Assembly (NCBI GenBank): GCA_963798845.1
Contig: CAWCUS010000004.1
Coordinates: 320,001 to 384,000, forward strand
Direction: 5' to 3'
Origin: an uncultured Gemmatimonadales bacterium
GTDB lineage: Bacteria; Gemmatimonadota; Gemmatimonadetes; Longimicrobiales; RSA9
DNA length: 64,000 bases
The notes beneath the pieces were generated by a model. The model was not told the DNA's origin. It did not search any database and saw nothing but the letters and a program-made list of their open reading frames with translations. The position numbers and the translations under genes were made by a program. Shown here piece after piece: positions 48,546-58,968 of this stretch. Position 1 is the stretch's first letter. Each line of letters opens with the position of its first letter.

Positions 48546-48938
48546 TCAGGTCCCGGACACGCGGGCGAAGCCGGCGTCGGGGTGCCGGTGAACGGAAACG
48601 GTGGCGTTGCCGAGGGCGCGGGCCTTGGCGTTGAGCCGCTCGACGACGTCATCGTCGACGTCGCCGAAGACGGAGATGGAGAGGATGTCGAGGAGGTCGC
48701 CGAATCTGCGGAACTCATCGTCGCCGACGGTCATGTGGTGGGCCAGGGCGGCGGAGTCCGGGTGCTCGCTGATGACCGTCATCTCGCGCCGCTGGTCGTC
48801 GACGAAGAAGCGGTAGGAGAGAACGTGGGGGTTGTTGGCACGGATGAAGGCGGACAGGCGCTCGATGGCCGGCCGGAGTTCGGGCAGCCGTCCCTGACGG
48901 ATGCGCGAGCGGTCGATGTAGAGTATGGGTGTGTTCAT
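48546..48938 (-). CDS. Hypothetical protein (dimeric alpha+beta barrel / ABM-like)
   Basis: SYRFFVD...EHPDSAALAHH...VFGD pattern; 130 aa. Confidence 0.65.
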   Translation of the reverse strand: MNTPILYIDRSRIRQGRLPELRPAIERLSAFIRANNPHVLSYRFFVDDQRREMTVISEHPDSAALAHHMTVGDDEFRRFGDLLDILSISVFGDVDDDVVERLNAKARALGNATVSVHRHPDAGFARVSGT

Positions 48939-48951
48939 GGCCGCATCCGCC

Positions 48952-50361
48952 TCAGGTGGGTGTGCGGGCGGCGGCCGCGGTGTCGGGCACGCCGCTCGGG
49001 TCGAAGAGCCGGGAGGCGAGGCGCTCGGCCTGTGCGCGGATCTCCGGCACGCCCAGCACTTCCCAGAGCAGCCCCTTCATGGTGGAGCCGAGCGTGAAGA
49101 GGACAGTCGAGGCGCGGCCGTCTCGGCTCACGACGGCGCCGCCAGGCCGGGCGTCCATCCCGATGCCGGCCGGGCCCGGGCGGATGAGGCCGCGCCGCAG
49201 GAGGTTGGGTACGAGGCCGTCTTCCACTCGCCGGTAATCGGTCTCCGGGCCGATGCAGTTGATCACCCGGGCAGCGAGCTCCCCCACTTCCCGTTCCTGG
49301 CCTCGCGGAGTGTAGCGAACGTCGAGCACGTCGCCCTTGTCCACCATGTCCCGAACGCGACCGGCCACGACCCGGAGGCGGCGCTGGTCCACCATTGCCT
49401 GGACCCGGGCCTGGCTCTCGGGAGGGATGCGGCTGCGGATGCGCTCCCAGTACCGGAACGCGTGGCGCAGGAACCGCCGCTTCTCCGCTTCCGGCAGACC
49501 GCCCCAGACCGACTGGGTGTCCGGCCGCAGTGAGTCGATCACGGCCCGGGGGTCGACGCCCGCCGCTTCGGCCCGGCGCACGTGTGTGCGGATGGTGCGG
49601 AGGACGCTGCGGACGCGGGTGGCGCCGTCGAGCTCGGCGAAGTACGACGGGTACTCGTCGCGCTGCGTCGGGTGCGGCAGCGGCAGGAGGCCTCGGCGGG
49701 AAATGGCCGTGATGCGTCCGGTGTGGCCGCGCCGCCCGAGCACGAGCGCGAGGTCGACCATGGTCTGTCCGGTCCCGATGAAGACCACGGGCTCGCCGGG
49801 GCCGACGTCGTCGAGCGTGCCCGGGTGCCATGGGTCGCGGGCGTAGCGCCCGCTCGCCAGGACGGCCGGGTCCCGGACCGGTGGATGGCGGGGCGGGAGG
49901 TTGCCGAGGGCGAGGACGACGCGGTCGGCCCGGACCTCGTCGCCCGTTTCGATCCGCAGCGTGGCGCCGCGGGTCCCGACTTCGAGATCGACGACTTCGG
50001 ACGAGGCCTCCTCCAGCTTCACCCCGCCGTCGCGCCGTTCGGCCGCTTCTCCGAGAAGCTCGAAGACGTACTCGCGAAGGAGGCGGCGGGGGAGGAAGTC
50101 ACCGGGCTCGGCCCGTCGTCCCCGGGCGGCGACCCAGCGCCGGAACGCATCCGGGTCGTCCGAGGTGGGGCCCATGAGCTCCGCCGGAACGTTGAGCAGG
50201 GGCTCGTCGGAGTCGCCCGAGTAGGCGGGCCCCATGGAGCCGGGCCGCCCGCGGTCGTAGAGGCGGATGTGAGTCCTGCGGCCGGGCGGCGCGAGTCGGA
50301 GCAGGTTCAGCGCGACGAGTCTGCCGGAGAGGCCTCCTCCGACAATGGCGATGCGGAGCAT
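48952..50361 (-). CDS. FAD/NAD(P)-binding protein
   Basis: IAIVGGGLSG, LLNVPA..M, IGTGQTMVD, SRRGLLP, INCIGP. Confidence 0.85.
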   Translation of the reverse strand: MLRIAIVGGGLSGRLVALNLLRLAPPGRRTHIRLYDRGRPGSMGPAYSGDSDEPLLNVPAELMGPTSDDPDAFRRWVAARGRRAEPGDFLPRRLLREYVFELLGEAAERRDGGVKLEEASSEVVDLEVGTRGATLRIETGDEVRADRVVLALGNLPPRHPPVRDPAVLASGRYARDPWHPGTLDDVGPGEPVVFIGTGQTMVDLALVLGRRGHTGRITAISRRGLLPLPHPTQRDEYPSYFAELDGATRVRSVLRTIRTHVRRAEAAGVDPRAVIDSLRPDTQSVWGGLPEAEKRRFLRHAFRYWERIRSRIPPESQARVQAMVDQRRLRVVAGRVRDMVDKGDVLDVRYTPRGQEREVGELAARVINCIGPETDYRRVEDGLVPNLLRRGLIRPGPAGIGMDARPGGAVVSRDGRASTVLFTLGSTMKGLLWEVLGVPEIRAQAERLASRLFDPSGVPDTAAAARTPT

Positions 50362-50583
50362 GGGGTCGCCCCCGGGCTCGAGTCGTGGTGGCGGGTGGCT
50401 GCGGACCCGAAGTGTGTGGTCGGGGCGTGCGCGAGGTCAAGTGGCACGCCTGGCCGATCACCCCCCGACCGGTGCCGGAGTCCACGTCGCGGAGCGCCGA
50501 CGCCGCCGCGGCCCCGTGGATTCCGGCACGGCTCGCCCTTTTGGGGTCTTGACGCGCGCCGGGCGGGTGGCCGGAGCGGGCCA

Positions 50584-50613
50584 TTGACGCCGCGCGGACG
50601 ACGTCGTTAACCT
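50584..50613 (+). promoter_or_regulatory. Candidate sigma-70 promoter
   Basis: TTGACG-N18-TAACCT upstream of the glycosyltransferase. Confidence 0.4.
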
Positions 50614-50670
50614 TGCCGCGGCCGCAGGACCCTCCCCGCTGCTCAGAGCCAAGTCCCGGACGGTAAGGCC

Positions 50671-52035
50671 TTGATCTCCATCATCGTGCGAACGAAGAAC
50701 GAGGAGCGCTGGATCGGCTCGTGCCTCGAGGCGATCGGTCGCCAGACCCGCACCGATTTCGAGGTCGTGCTGGTCGACAACGAAAGCAGCGACAGGACGG
50801 TCGCGAAAGCGCTCCAATATGGCGTGAGATTGGTGTCGATCCCGGAATTCAAGCCAGGCGCTGCGATCAATCGGGGAATCGAGGCGGCCGACGGCGACGT
50901 CATTGTGTGTCTATCGGGACACTGCATCCCGGTCGACGAGCACTGGCTGGCGAACCTGGTCGCCGGTCTCGACGACGAAACCGTTGGCGGTGTCTACGGA
51001 AGGCAGGAGCCCCTGGCCTTCACACCGGATCTCGACAAGCGCGACCTCCTGATCACGTTCGGGCTCGACCCGCGGGTCCAGGTAAAAGACAGCTTCTTCC
51101 ACAACGCGAACAGCGCCTTCCGCAAGTCGACCTGGGAAAGGTTCCCCTTCGACGAGGAAGTGTCCAACATCGAAGACCGCATCTGGGCGAGTCAGGTCCA
51201 GGGCGCGGGGATGAAGATCCTCTACGAGCCCGACGCGAGCGTCTATCATCACCACGGGATCCACCACAGCGGTGATCGTGTGCGCTGCGGCAATATCATC
51301 CGGATCCTGGACACGACGGGTCAGGAAGGGGTTCGCACCGCCGACAACAAGATCGATGCGCGGACTCTCAACACGGTGCTGGTGATCGCCGTGCGCGAGG
51401 AGGGGCTGAGACGACTCGGAGACAGGCCGCTCTACGAATACGCCATCGAACACGCCAGGTGCTCCGAGCTCGTGCGCACGATCGTGGTCTCGACCGACAG
51501 CCCGAGCGTGGCAGCCGAAGCCTCCGCGGCCGGGGCGGATCTGGTGCTGACGCGAGAGGAGGAGGAATCGCGCTTCGACGTCATTCTCGAGCTGATGATG
51601 CAGTCCTCGCTGCACAAGCTGGAGGACCGGGGCATCATTCCCGACATTCTCGTGATGCTCGAGACGACGTTCCCGTTTCGGGACCCCACGCTCATCGACA
51701 AGCTTATCTACCAGTATGTCGAGGGCGGCTTCGACACGGTGATTCCGGCGCGGATCGAGTTCAACTCCTGCTGGATGGAGGAGGAGGGCGCCTACCGCCG
51801 CGTCGACGAAGGGTACGTCGCGAGGCAATTCAAGAAACCCTTCTATACGGGTCTCAAGGGCCTCTGTTGCGTGTGCTCTCCGGCCACCGTCCGGCAGGGC
51901 CAGCTGTTTGGCGAGAACGTCGGGCTCTACAAGCTGACCGACGCGGTCCATTCGATCGAGGTCCGGTCCGATGACGACGTCGCCCTGGCCGAGACGGTCA
52001 TGGCGAGCCCCCTGTTCGCGACTCGCGTCGGGTAG
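50671..52035 (+). CDS. GT2 glycosyltransferase fused to an acylneuraminate cytidylyltransferase-like domain
   Basis: ISIIVRTKNEE, VDNESSDRT, IED (GT2); LGDRPLYEYAIEHA, IVVSTDS, LETTFPFR, SIEVRSDDD (NeuA/KdsB-like); TTG start. Confidence 0.8.
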   Translation: MISIIVRTKNEERWIGSCLEAIGRQTRTDFEVVLVDNESSDRTVAKALQYGVRLVSIPEFKPGAAINRGIEAADGDVIVCLSGHCIPVDEHWLANLVAGLDDETVGGVYGRQEPLAFTPDLDKRDLLITFGLDPRVQVKDSFFHNANSAFRKSTWERFPFDEEVSNIEDRIWASQVQGAGMKILYEPDASVYHHHGIHHSGDRVRCGNIIRILDTTGQEGVRTADNKIDARTLNTVLVIAVREEGLRRLGDRPLYEYAIEHARCSELVRTIVVSTDSPSVAAEASAAGADLVLTREEEESRFDVILELMMQSSLHKLEDRGIIPDILVMLETTFPFRDPTLIDKLIYQYVEGGFDTVIPARIEFNSCWMEEEGAYRRVDEGYVARQFKKPFYTGLKGLCCVCSPATVRQGQLFGENVGLYKLTDAVHSIEVRSDDDVALAETVMASPLFATRVG

Positions 52036-52049
52036 GGAGCGGCCTCGGG

Positions 52050-53027
52050 ATGCATCGTCTCGGCATCGTCGGTCTCGGTCACGTGGCGGCGCACCAGGTC
52101 GCCGCGCTCGCCCACGGCGAGGCACTCGAGCTGGTGGCGGTATGTGACCCTGACGGAGAGCGCCTGGCCGTGCTCGGTGAGGATCGGAAGACGTACACCG
52201 ACATCGCCGACATGTTGTCGGAGTCGGACCTCGACGTCGTCATGGTGGCCACACCCAATCATCTGCACGTGCAGCACGGCATCCAGGTGCTGGAGGCGGG
52301 CAAGTGGCTCGTAATGGAAAAGCCCCTGGCCGAGACGCAGGCCGGTTTCGACGCCGTCGCACGGGCCCGGGAGCGGTGTGGAGGACACTGCACCATCGCG
52401 TTGCACGCCGCGTTCGGGCAGGAGGTCGAGTGGTTCTGCCGATCCGGGACGAGGCAGGAGCTCGGGGCCGCTGAAATCGACTCGTTCACGGGCCAGTTCT
52501 ACGATCCCTACTTCGAGAACGGACGTTTGCAGGCCCGGGCCCTCTCCCTGGGTGGGGCGTGGATGGACAGTGGGATCAACGCGCTCAGCGTCATCGCGCG
52601 CATGCTCCCGCTCGAGCGCCTGGTGGTGCGCGACAGCCGCATGACGCGCGTCGCCAACGTGGACTGCACCGAAGTGCAGGGCACCGTGGACTTCGAGGTC
52701 CGCAACGGAGACTTCGTGGGGTCGGGGCGCATCGACACCAACTGGACGCTCGGGCGCGACATGAAGGTCACGACGGTTCGCCCGCGCGGGTCCGACAGGA
52801 GGATCATCCTCGACCACTCCGCCCAGCAGGTTCGAGTCCGGTCGCCTGAAGGCGAGGAGGTCGTCTTCGCGTGCGGCAACGGACTGCCTCGACTCACCAA
52901 CCACTACATCGGCGTCTTCGGCAATGTGGCACGGCAGCTCGAAGTGGGCCAGGACAATTTCGAACTCGCCAGGGCGTTGCACGGCCTGCTGTACGAGGCC
53001 GAGGGTCGCCAGGCGCCCACGTTCTGA
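52050..53027 (+). CDS. Gfo/Idh/MocA-family oxidoreductase
   Basis: GIVGLGHVA, VATPNHLH, MEKPLA, GGAWMDSGIN. Confidence 0.88.
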   Translation: MHRLGIVGLGHVAAHQVAALAHGEALELVAVCDPDGERLAVLGEDRKTYTDIADMLSESDLDVVMVATPNHLHVQHGIQVLEAGKWLVMEKPLAETQAGFDAVARARERCGGHCTIALHAAFGQEVEWFCRSGTRQELGAAEIDSFTGQFYDPYFENGRLQARALSLGGAWMDSGINALSVIARMLPLERLVVRDSRMTRVANVDCTEVQGTVDFEVRNGDFVGSGRIDTNWTLGRDMKVTTVRPRGSDRRIILDHSAQQVRVRSPEGEEVVFACGNGLPRLTNHYIGVFGNVARQLEVGQDNFELARALHGLLYEAEGRQAPTF

Positions 53028-53036
53028 AGCTCGATC

Positions 53037-54221
53037 CTAGCCCTTCCCGAGCAGCCGCCCGAGAACGCGCTTCACGAACCGGGAAGCGACCACGAGACCG
53101 GGCAGGGGATCGTACCAGCGGAACCACTGGCCGCTCCTTGGCCGGAAGAGCAGCGCAACCTCCGTCGCCAGGATGCGCAGGAGCGGTACGCCGTCTTTGC
53201 GCATGGACCGGATGTCCGTGTACGCATTGTGGAAGTACAGTCCTTCGCGCTGGCTGCTTCCCGAACGCGAAGCCGGCTCGCCGGCCGCGATCCGGTAGGT
53301 GTTCCACACTGTGGGAAGACCGCACGCTTCGTCGAAACCCACCTCGCCGCCGATCCGGGGGTTCAGCTCGATGTACTTGAACATCCCGTCGCGCTCGTCC
53401 CATCGGTACTCGATGCCGACATGGCCCACGTAGTTCAGGGCTTTCCCGAGGTCGGCCGCGAGCGTGAGGATGTCCTGGTTGACGCGGCTGATCGAGAAGG
53501 TGCTGGTCCCGAAGTGAGGCGGCATGGTCCGCAGCTTCTGGCGCACCAGGCAGTCGAGCAGCTCCGAGTTTTCGTCGAACGTGCCGGAGCACACCCACGA
53601 GTTGTCGTCGCGCCCGGGGATGATCTCCTGGGCGAGCAGGACTGGGAGGGCGTGGCCCCAGTCGTCGTAGAATCGCTGCAGCTCGTCCGCATCCTTCGCC
53701 GTCTGGACCTTCTCGGGGAAAACGGACCGCACGGCGAATGAATGGGGCTTGAAGATGATGGGGAACCGGAGCTGTCGAGAGAGCTCCTCCGGATGGGACG
53801 GCAGCTCGCGAATCGTCTTCGGGATGGCGAATCCGAGTGATTCGATGAGCGCGGTCTCCTTTCGCTTGTCGTTGAGCGCGTCCACCATCTCTCGCGGAGG
53901 CAACCTGAAGCGGAACCGCTTCCCGAGCTCCTCCTCGTTGGTGGACACCAGGGACACGAGCAGGTCGGAGGTGAAGAGCAGCACCGTCCCCTCGCCAGGA
54001 AGGCTCCGCAGGAGATTCAGGATCTCCCGCTCCTTCACGGCGACCTCATCCGCGTCACCGGGCACGACGTACTTCCTGACCGGATAACGCGAGTGCAGCA
54101 CGGGGTCGGTCTCGTCGAAGGCGATGGCGGTGACGCGGACCCCGCGGCGCGCGAGGGACCGGACCGTGCCGAGCCCACCGGGGCCGTGCGACACGACGAG
54201 CGCTGGCGGTAACGTGGCCAA
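53037..54221 (-). CDS. ATP-grasp carboxylate-amine ligase (D-aspartate ligase-like)
   Basis: LGTVRSLARRGV, FPIIFKP, AQEIIPG, IEYRWDERDGMFKYIELNPR, DPLPG. Confidence 0.82.
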   Translation of the reverse strand: MATLPPALVVSHGPGGLGTVRSLARRGVRVTAIAFDETDPVLHSRYPVRKYVVPGDADEVAVKEREILNLLRSLPGEGTVLLFTSDLLVSLVSTNEEELGKRFRFRLPPREMVDALNDKRKETALIESLGFAIPKTIRELPSHPEELSRQLRFPIIFKPHSFAVRSVFPEKVQTAKDADELQRFYDDWGHALPVLLAQEIIPGRDDNSWVCSGTFDENSELLDCLVRQKLRTMPPHFGTSTFSISRVNQDILTLAADLGKALNYVGHVGIEYRWDERDGMFKYIELNPRIGGEVGFDEACGLPTVWNTYRIAAGEPASRSGSSQREGLYFHNAYTDIRSMRKDGVPLLRILATEVALLFRPRSGQWFRWYDPLPGLVVASRFVKRVLGRLLGKG

Positions 54222-54359
54222 GTGGATTCGTGTTGGACGGGTGACGAGAACAGGAACTCCAAACCCCGCCTCGGGCGGTCGGAAGGATGGGTGAGAGTGG
54301 TTCAGCGGGTCAAGTAGTAGTGAACGGGGGGGCGAGCACCACCCGTCTGGCCGGACGGA

Positions 54360-55388
54360 TCAGCGGCTGAGGCGCTCGAGTCTCTCGTATGGCTCCGAAG
54401 CCCACTTCGAGACCAGGTCTCGTTGCCGTGCGGAGAGCTCGGGCACCGGACGCTCCTTGAACGCGGCCTTTGGCCGCTTGGCATCCTTCGTCGTCAGAGC
54501 GAAGACCCGCTCGAAACCTTCGTCACCAAGATCGAGCCCGAAGAACTCGAGCACTCTTCGCAAGTATTCGGGCCGGGTCAGGTTCCGATAGTTGAGGAGC
54601 TTCAAGCCACGTGCGCTGTGGCTCGCGGCGATCTCGTAGTGAGTTCCGATCACGCGTGCCGCATACTCGTCCACCGACATCCGATCGATCGAGGCGGCGT
54701 CAATTCTCACGAACCCCGCCGCCAGCTGCGGAGCCCGCTTCATCTCCAGCCATGCACAACCGCCTCCGTGGATCACCTTTTGAAAGACCTCACACGGGTC
54801 ACGATAGAGATACAGCATGGGCACGTCGGGAAAGGAAGCCTCGAAGACGTCGAGCTTGCCCGCGTGTGGGCTCGGGAACTTCACGAAGAAATGCTTCTCG
54901 TTCCCGGTATAGGCACGCCCCAGAGCCTTGACACCACCGTGGAGGCGCCGGCGCATCACTTCGACCGACTCGCCGGACAGGGCAGCCGTGAACACCGGCG
55001 GTTCCCCGAGAGCCAGGCTGCCCGGTACCGCGCCGAGGACGTGCCGCAGAAGAGTCGATCCACATCGAGATATGTGGAACACGAACCCCGACGGCGGAAT
55101 CCCGTGCGTAACCTGATCGACCGCCTCCAGGGCTTCCATTCGGGTGATTCGAACGTTCGCATTCGAGCTGGCGATACGGCGCCCGAAGTCTCCCCTGGCG
55201 AAAGGCTTCGTGAACTGCTCCCCTTGCATGTCGACCCAGACGAGGCGCCCCCACAGCAGGCGGTACGGAGCCCACATGCGACCCCCATCGTCCAGCGGCG
55301 GCGGTCTGTTCGACGAAAATGTGAGCTCGGCCCAGCCGTGGCGCGCGACAGCCCGTCGCAGGTTCCAGCTCAGCTTCCAGTTCGGCAT
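54360..55388 (-). CDS. Sulfotransferase-like P-loop protein
   Basis: FVFHISRCGSTLL (5'-PSB-like) and YLYRDPCEV (3'-PB-like); AGGAGGAAGGAG RBS; start uncertain. Confidence 0.7.
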   Translation of the reverse strand: MPNWKLSWNLRRAVARHGWAELTFSSNRPPPLDDGGRMWAPYRLLWGRLVWVDMQGEQFTKPFARGDFGRRIASSNANVRITRMEALEAVDQVTHGIPPSGFVFHISRCGSTLLRHVLGAVPGSLALGEPPVFTAALSGESVEVMRRRLHGGVKALGRAYTGNEKHFFVKFPSPHAGKLDVFEASFPDVPMLYLYRDPCEVFQKVIHGGGCAWLEMKRAPQLAAGFVRIDAASIDRMSVDEYAARVIGTHYEIAASHSARGLKLLNYRNLTRPEYLRRVLEFFGLDLGDEGFERVFALTTKDAKRPKAAFKERPVPELSARQRDLVSKWASEPYERLERLSR

Positions 55389-55749
55389 GGCCGTTCTCCT
55401 TCCTCCTGCGGCTGACCGACCGACATTATTGGATCTTGCCTCTCCGCTGGTGTCAGTGAGACCCTCTATACTACGGCCGCCGTGGCGATTCGCTGAAGTG
55501 TGGTCGGATACTCGCGGCCCGCCCGGTGCCAACTGCTGCCGCCGGCGGACGGGATCAGAGTTCGCCGCGGTCCCGCGAGAACTGTGCCCGGCCACCTCAG
55601 GATCGTCCGCCTTTCCTCTTGTCCATCTGAAGGAGGAGGCCGACTCCTGTCCAGATCCCGGCGCGAACTGGATCGGCCCGTTGGGGCGCCTGCGGCGTGA
55701 CCGCAGGTCGACTCCCGCCTGAGACGGTAGAGGTGGCGTGTTCGCGCGG

Positions 55750-57246
55750 TCAGGCGGGCACGGGTGGGCCTGCCGCCTCGTCGGCCGCTGGGGTTCCGAC
55801 CCTGGCCGTACGTGGCGTGGCGACGGTCACGATGGTCGTCACGAGGACGTTCACTGCCAGGGCGACGAACCCGACGTTCAGATCCTTCACCAGCTGGGGC
55901 GCGGTGGGCAGGAGGCTGGCAACGGAGGCGCCGGTGAGCGACAGGTAGGCGACGACCACCTCGCCTGCCACGATCCCGGCGAACGCCCCCGCCGTGCTCG
56001 CCCGCGGGCGCCGGCCGAGGCTGAGCACGAGGGCGGGGAAGAGCTGGGTGACGAAGTTGTAGCCCATGAGCAGGAGGGCGACGATGGCTTCGCCACCGCG
56101 GAGGGCCAGAAGCGCGCTGACGAGCGCCACGAGCGGCACGAGCCCGCGGGCGAGGAGCACGACGGTGCGCTCGGACGTGGCGGGGGCGATGCCGCGGTAG
56201 ACGTTCTGAGCCAGAATGGTAGCGGCCGTGATGAGGATCATGGAGCCGGGCACGAGCGCAGTGAGCAGCCCCGCGCCGCCGATCACGCCCACCACCCATG
56301 GGTCGAAGGTGATGCTGGAGATGCGCAGAAGCGAGAGGTCGGCGTCGGCGCCCTCGAGCCCCGGGACCACCAGGATGGCGGCGAAGCCCACGAAGAAGAC
56401 GAACAGGATCACCAGCTGGTAGAGCGGGAGGAGCACCGCGTTCCTCCGGAACACGTTCTCGTCCCGCGCGGTGTAGACGCCGGCGAAGAACTGCGGCCAC
56501 ATGTAGAAGCCGAGCGACGTCAGGATGACGGTGGAGATGAACCAGGCGGGGCTCATCCCGCTGGGCGCGAGGGTGAGGAAATCGGGGCTGGCGTGTTCCA
56601 CGGCCCTGAACATCTCCGCGTAGCCGCCATAGTAATGCCACGGAAGGTACACGCCGAGGGCCACCGCGACCGCGAGGATCAGGACGTCCTTCAGCGCTGC
56701 GGTCCACGCGGAGCCCCGCACGCCGGAGACCACGACGTAGGCCACGAGCGCGGCGCTCCCGGTCCACACGGCAGTGGTGGGGGAGATGCGCCCGTAGGAG
56801 GCCTCGGACACGATGATCCCGAGCCCTTTCAGCTGAAGCACCAGGTAGGGCACCAGCGCGGCCACGCTCACCACCGCCACCAGCACGCCGAGAGAGCGGC
56901 TGTCGTACTTGGCGACGAAGAAGTCGGCCTGCGACACCAGGCGCCGCTCGCGTGCGTACCGCCACACCGCCGGCAGCAGGAAGTAGGAGAACGTGTAGGC
57001 CACGGCGCCGTAACACAGGATGTAGAAGGCGGGCGCTCCTTTCCCGTACGCCCAGCCGCTGCCGCCGAGGAAGGTGAAGGTCGTGTAGATCTCGCCGGCC
57101 AGGAGCAGGAAGACGAAGAGGGTGCCGAAGCCGCGGCCGCCGACGCTCCACTCCTCCAGGTTCATCTCGTGACCCCGGCGCGCGAGGAGCCCGAGGGCCA
57201 CCGCCACGACGAAGACGAGCGCGAGCACCAGCAGCGCACCGGTCAC
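55750..57246 (-). CDS. Sodium:solute symporter family protein
   Basis: EWSVGGRGFG, AGEIYTTFTFLGGSG, about 13 TM segments. Confidence 0.9.
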   Translation of the reverse strand: MTGALLVLALVFVVAVALGLLARRGHEMNLEEWSVGGRGFGTLFVFLLLAGEIYTTFTFLGGSGWAYGKGAPAFYILCYGAVAYTFSYFLLPAVWRYARERRLVSQADFFVAKYDSRSLGVLVAVVSVAALVPYLVLQLKGLGIIVSEASYGRISPTTAVWTGSAALVAYVVVSGVRGSAWTAALKDVLILAVAVALGVYLPWHYYGGYAEMFRAVEHASPDFLTLAPSGMSPAWFISTVILTSLGFYMWPQFFAGVYTARDENVFRRNAVLLPLYQLVILFVFFVGFAAILVVPGLEGADADLSLLRISSITFDPWVVGVIGGAGLLTALVPGSMILITAATILAQNVYRGIAPATSERTVVLLARGLVPLVALVSALLALRGGEAIVALLLMGYNFVTQLFPALVLSLGRRPRASTAGAFAGIVAGEVVVAYLSLTGASVASLLPTAPQLVKDLNVGFVALAVNVLVTTIVTVATPRTARVGTPAADEAAGPPVPA

Positions 57247-57479
57247 GGGAGCGGCTCCCCGCGCGCGGCGCGGCGCCGGTCGAGCCAGTAGATCAAGGCG
57301 AGCACCGCCGAGGTGCCCACGACCCAGGCGAGTATCCAGAAGAGCAGGAAAGGAAGTCCGAGCACGTAGGGCTCGGTTCGGTTGGCGAAGGGAATCCCGC
57401 CCAGCATGGCCACCGGGGGGACCAAAGCCAGGGCATGGTAGGCGCGGAGTCCCCGGATCCCGCGGCCCGGGTCAACCAT
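57243..57479 (-). CDS. DUF3311-family small membrane protein (symporter partner)
   Basis: PFANRTEPYVLGLPFLLFWILAW; GTGA-coupled to the symporter. Confidence 0.85.
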   Translation of the reverse strand: MVDPGRGIRGLRAYHALALVPPVAMLGGIPFANRTEPYVLGLPFLLFWILAWVVGTSAVLALIYWLDRRRAARGEPLP

Positions 57480-58662
57480 CGTCGTTTCCACGCAGGAATT
57501 CGAGCGCGGCGGCCACGAACACGCGCGTGCCGTGGTCGAGGGCCCGCTCGTCCACGTCGAAGCGCTCGTGGTGGTGCGGGTGCACGATCCCGCGCTCCTC
57601 GTTGCGCGCGCCGATGAAGAAGAACGCCCCTGCGGCGGCCTGCTGGTATGCGGAGAAGTCCTCGCCGCCCATGACGGGTGTGGCTTCCACCAGCACGTCC
57701 TCGCCCAGGGCCGCGACCACGGCGCGGCGCAGGAGGTCGCTGGCGTCGTCGTCGTTGATCACCGGCCGGTAGCCCATCTCGTAGGCGATCTGGAAGCCAG
57801 CTCCGTGCGCGGCCGTGACGCCGTCGATCACACGGCGCATCAGCTCCGGCATCCGTTCGCGCAGCTCCGCGTCGAACGTCCGCACCGTCCCTTCCATCAC
57901 CACTTCGCCGGGTATGACGTTGTTCGTGGTGCCGCCCGCGATGCGTGTCACGGAGAGCACCGCCGGCTCGAGGGGGTCCACGTTGCGCGCCACGACGTGC
58001 TGCAGGTTGGTCACGACCTGCGCCGCCACCGCGATGGCGTCGACCGTCTCGTGCGGCAATGCCGCGTGTCCGCCACTCCCGCGAATGGTGACGACGAAAG
58101 TGTCGGGCGCGGCCATGAATGGCCCCGCCTTCACCCCGATCTTCCCGAACCCGAGCGGGAGCCACAGGTGGGCGCCGATCACCAGATCCACTCCCTCCAT
58201 GACGCCGGCGTCCACCATCTCCTGGGCGCCGCCGGGGAACAGCTCCTCGGCGTGCTGGAAGAGAAATCGGACCTCGCCGGCGAGCTCCCCCCGGCGCGAC
58301 ACCAGCACCTTGACGGCGCCCAGGAGCATGGCGGTGTGGCCGTCGTGCCCGCATGCGTGCATGACCCCTGGATTCGTGGAGACGAAGTCATGGGTGTTGC
58401 GCTCGTGGATCGGCAGCGCGTCCATGTCCGCGCGGATGGCGAGCACGGGGCCGGGCCTCGCTCCTTGCAGCCGCGCCATCACGCTGGTGGGCGTGGGGCG
58501 GGAGATCTCCAGCGCCCCGAATCCCGCCAGGGTCTCGGCCACGAACGCCGCTGTGCGCTCCTCGTGGAACGACAGCTCGGGATGGCGGTGGAGGTGACGG
58601 CGCCACTCGATCACCGTGTCGCGCACCGAATCCGGGGTCTCTACGGGCTGAAGCGTGGCCAT
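57472..58662 (-). CDS. M20D-family amidohydrolase
   Basis: RRHLHRHPELSFHE, RADMDALP, MHACGHDGH, FQHAEE, GGHAA, GGEDF, HPHHHERFDVDE. Confidence 0.92.
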   Translation of the reverse strand: MATLQPVETPDSVRDTVIEWRRHLHRHPELSFHEERTAAFVAETLAGFGALEISRPTPTSVMARLQGARPGPVLAIRADMDALPIHERNTHDFVSTNPGVMHACGHDGHTAMLLGAVKVLVSRRGELAGEVRFLFQHAEELFPGGAQEMVDAGVMEGVDLVIGAHLWLPLGFGKIGVKAGPFMAAPDTFVVTIRGSGGHAALPHETVDAIAVAAQVVTNLQHVVARNVDPLEPAVLSVTRIAGGTTNNVIPGEVVMEGTVRTFDAELRERMPELMRRVIDGVTAAHGAGFQIAYEMGYRPVINDDDASDLLRRAVVAALGEDVLVEATPVMGGEDFSAYQQAAAGAFFFIGARNEERGIVHPHHHERFDVDERALDHGTRVFVAAALEFLRGNDDG

Positions 58663-58968
58663 GGGATGCGGGGGTGCGGGGTGTGGATGTGGGCAGCGGG
58701 AGAATGACGCCGCCGGCTCGGGCGAGTCAAGGAGCGGCGGACGCCAGGGGGAGGCAGGTGTGGTTACCCCGCGTCGACCGTTCGGAGGGAGGGGCCTGCC
58801 GCCGCCGAGACCATCCTTGCGGAACCGGCACGCGATCCTCATCCATAGAGGTGTCGGACCAGTCCGGTCGGGGTGCGCACGCGTTCGCGGCTCTCCCCGA
58901 TCATTTGCGTTCAGGGCGCGACGAAACCGTCGCCGCGTCAGGTGCCCGCTCCTCTTTCCCTGCCCCTC

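Noticed and set aside
50442..50460. TGGCAC sigma-54 -24 element
   Set aside because: No GC at the -12 position.
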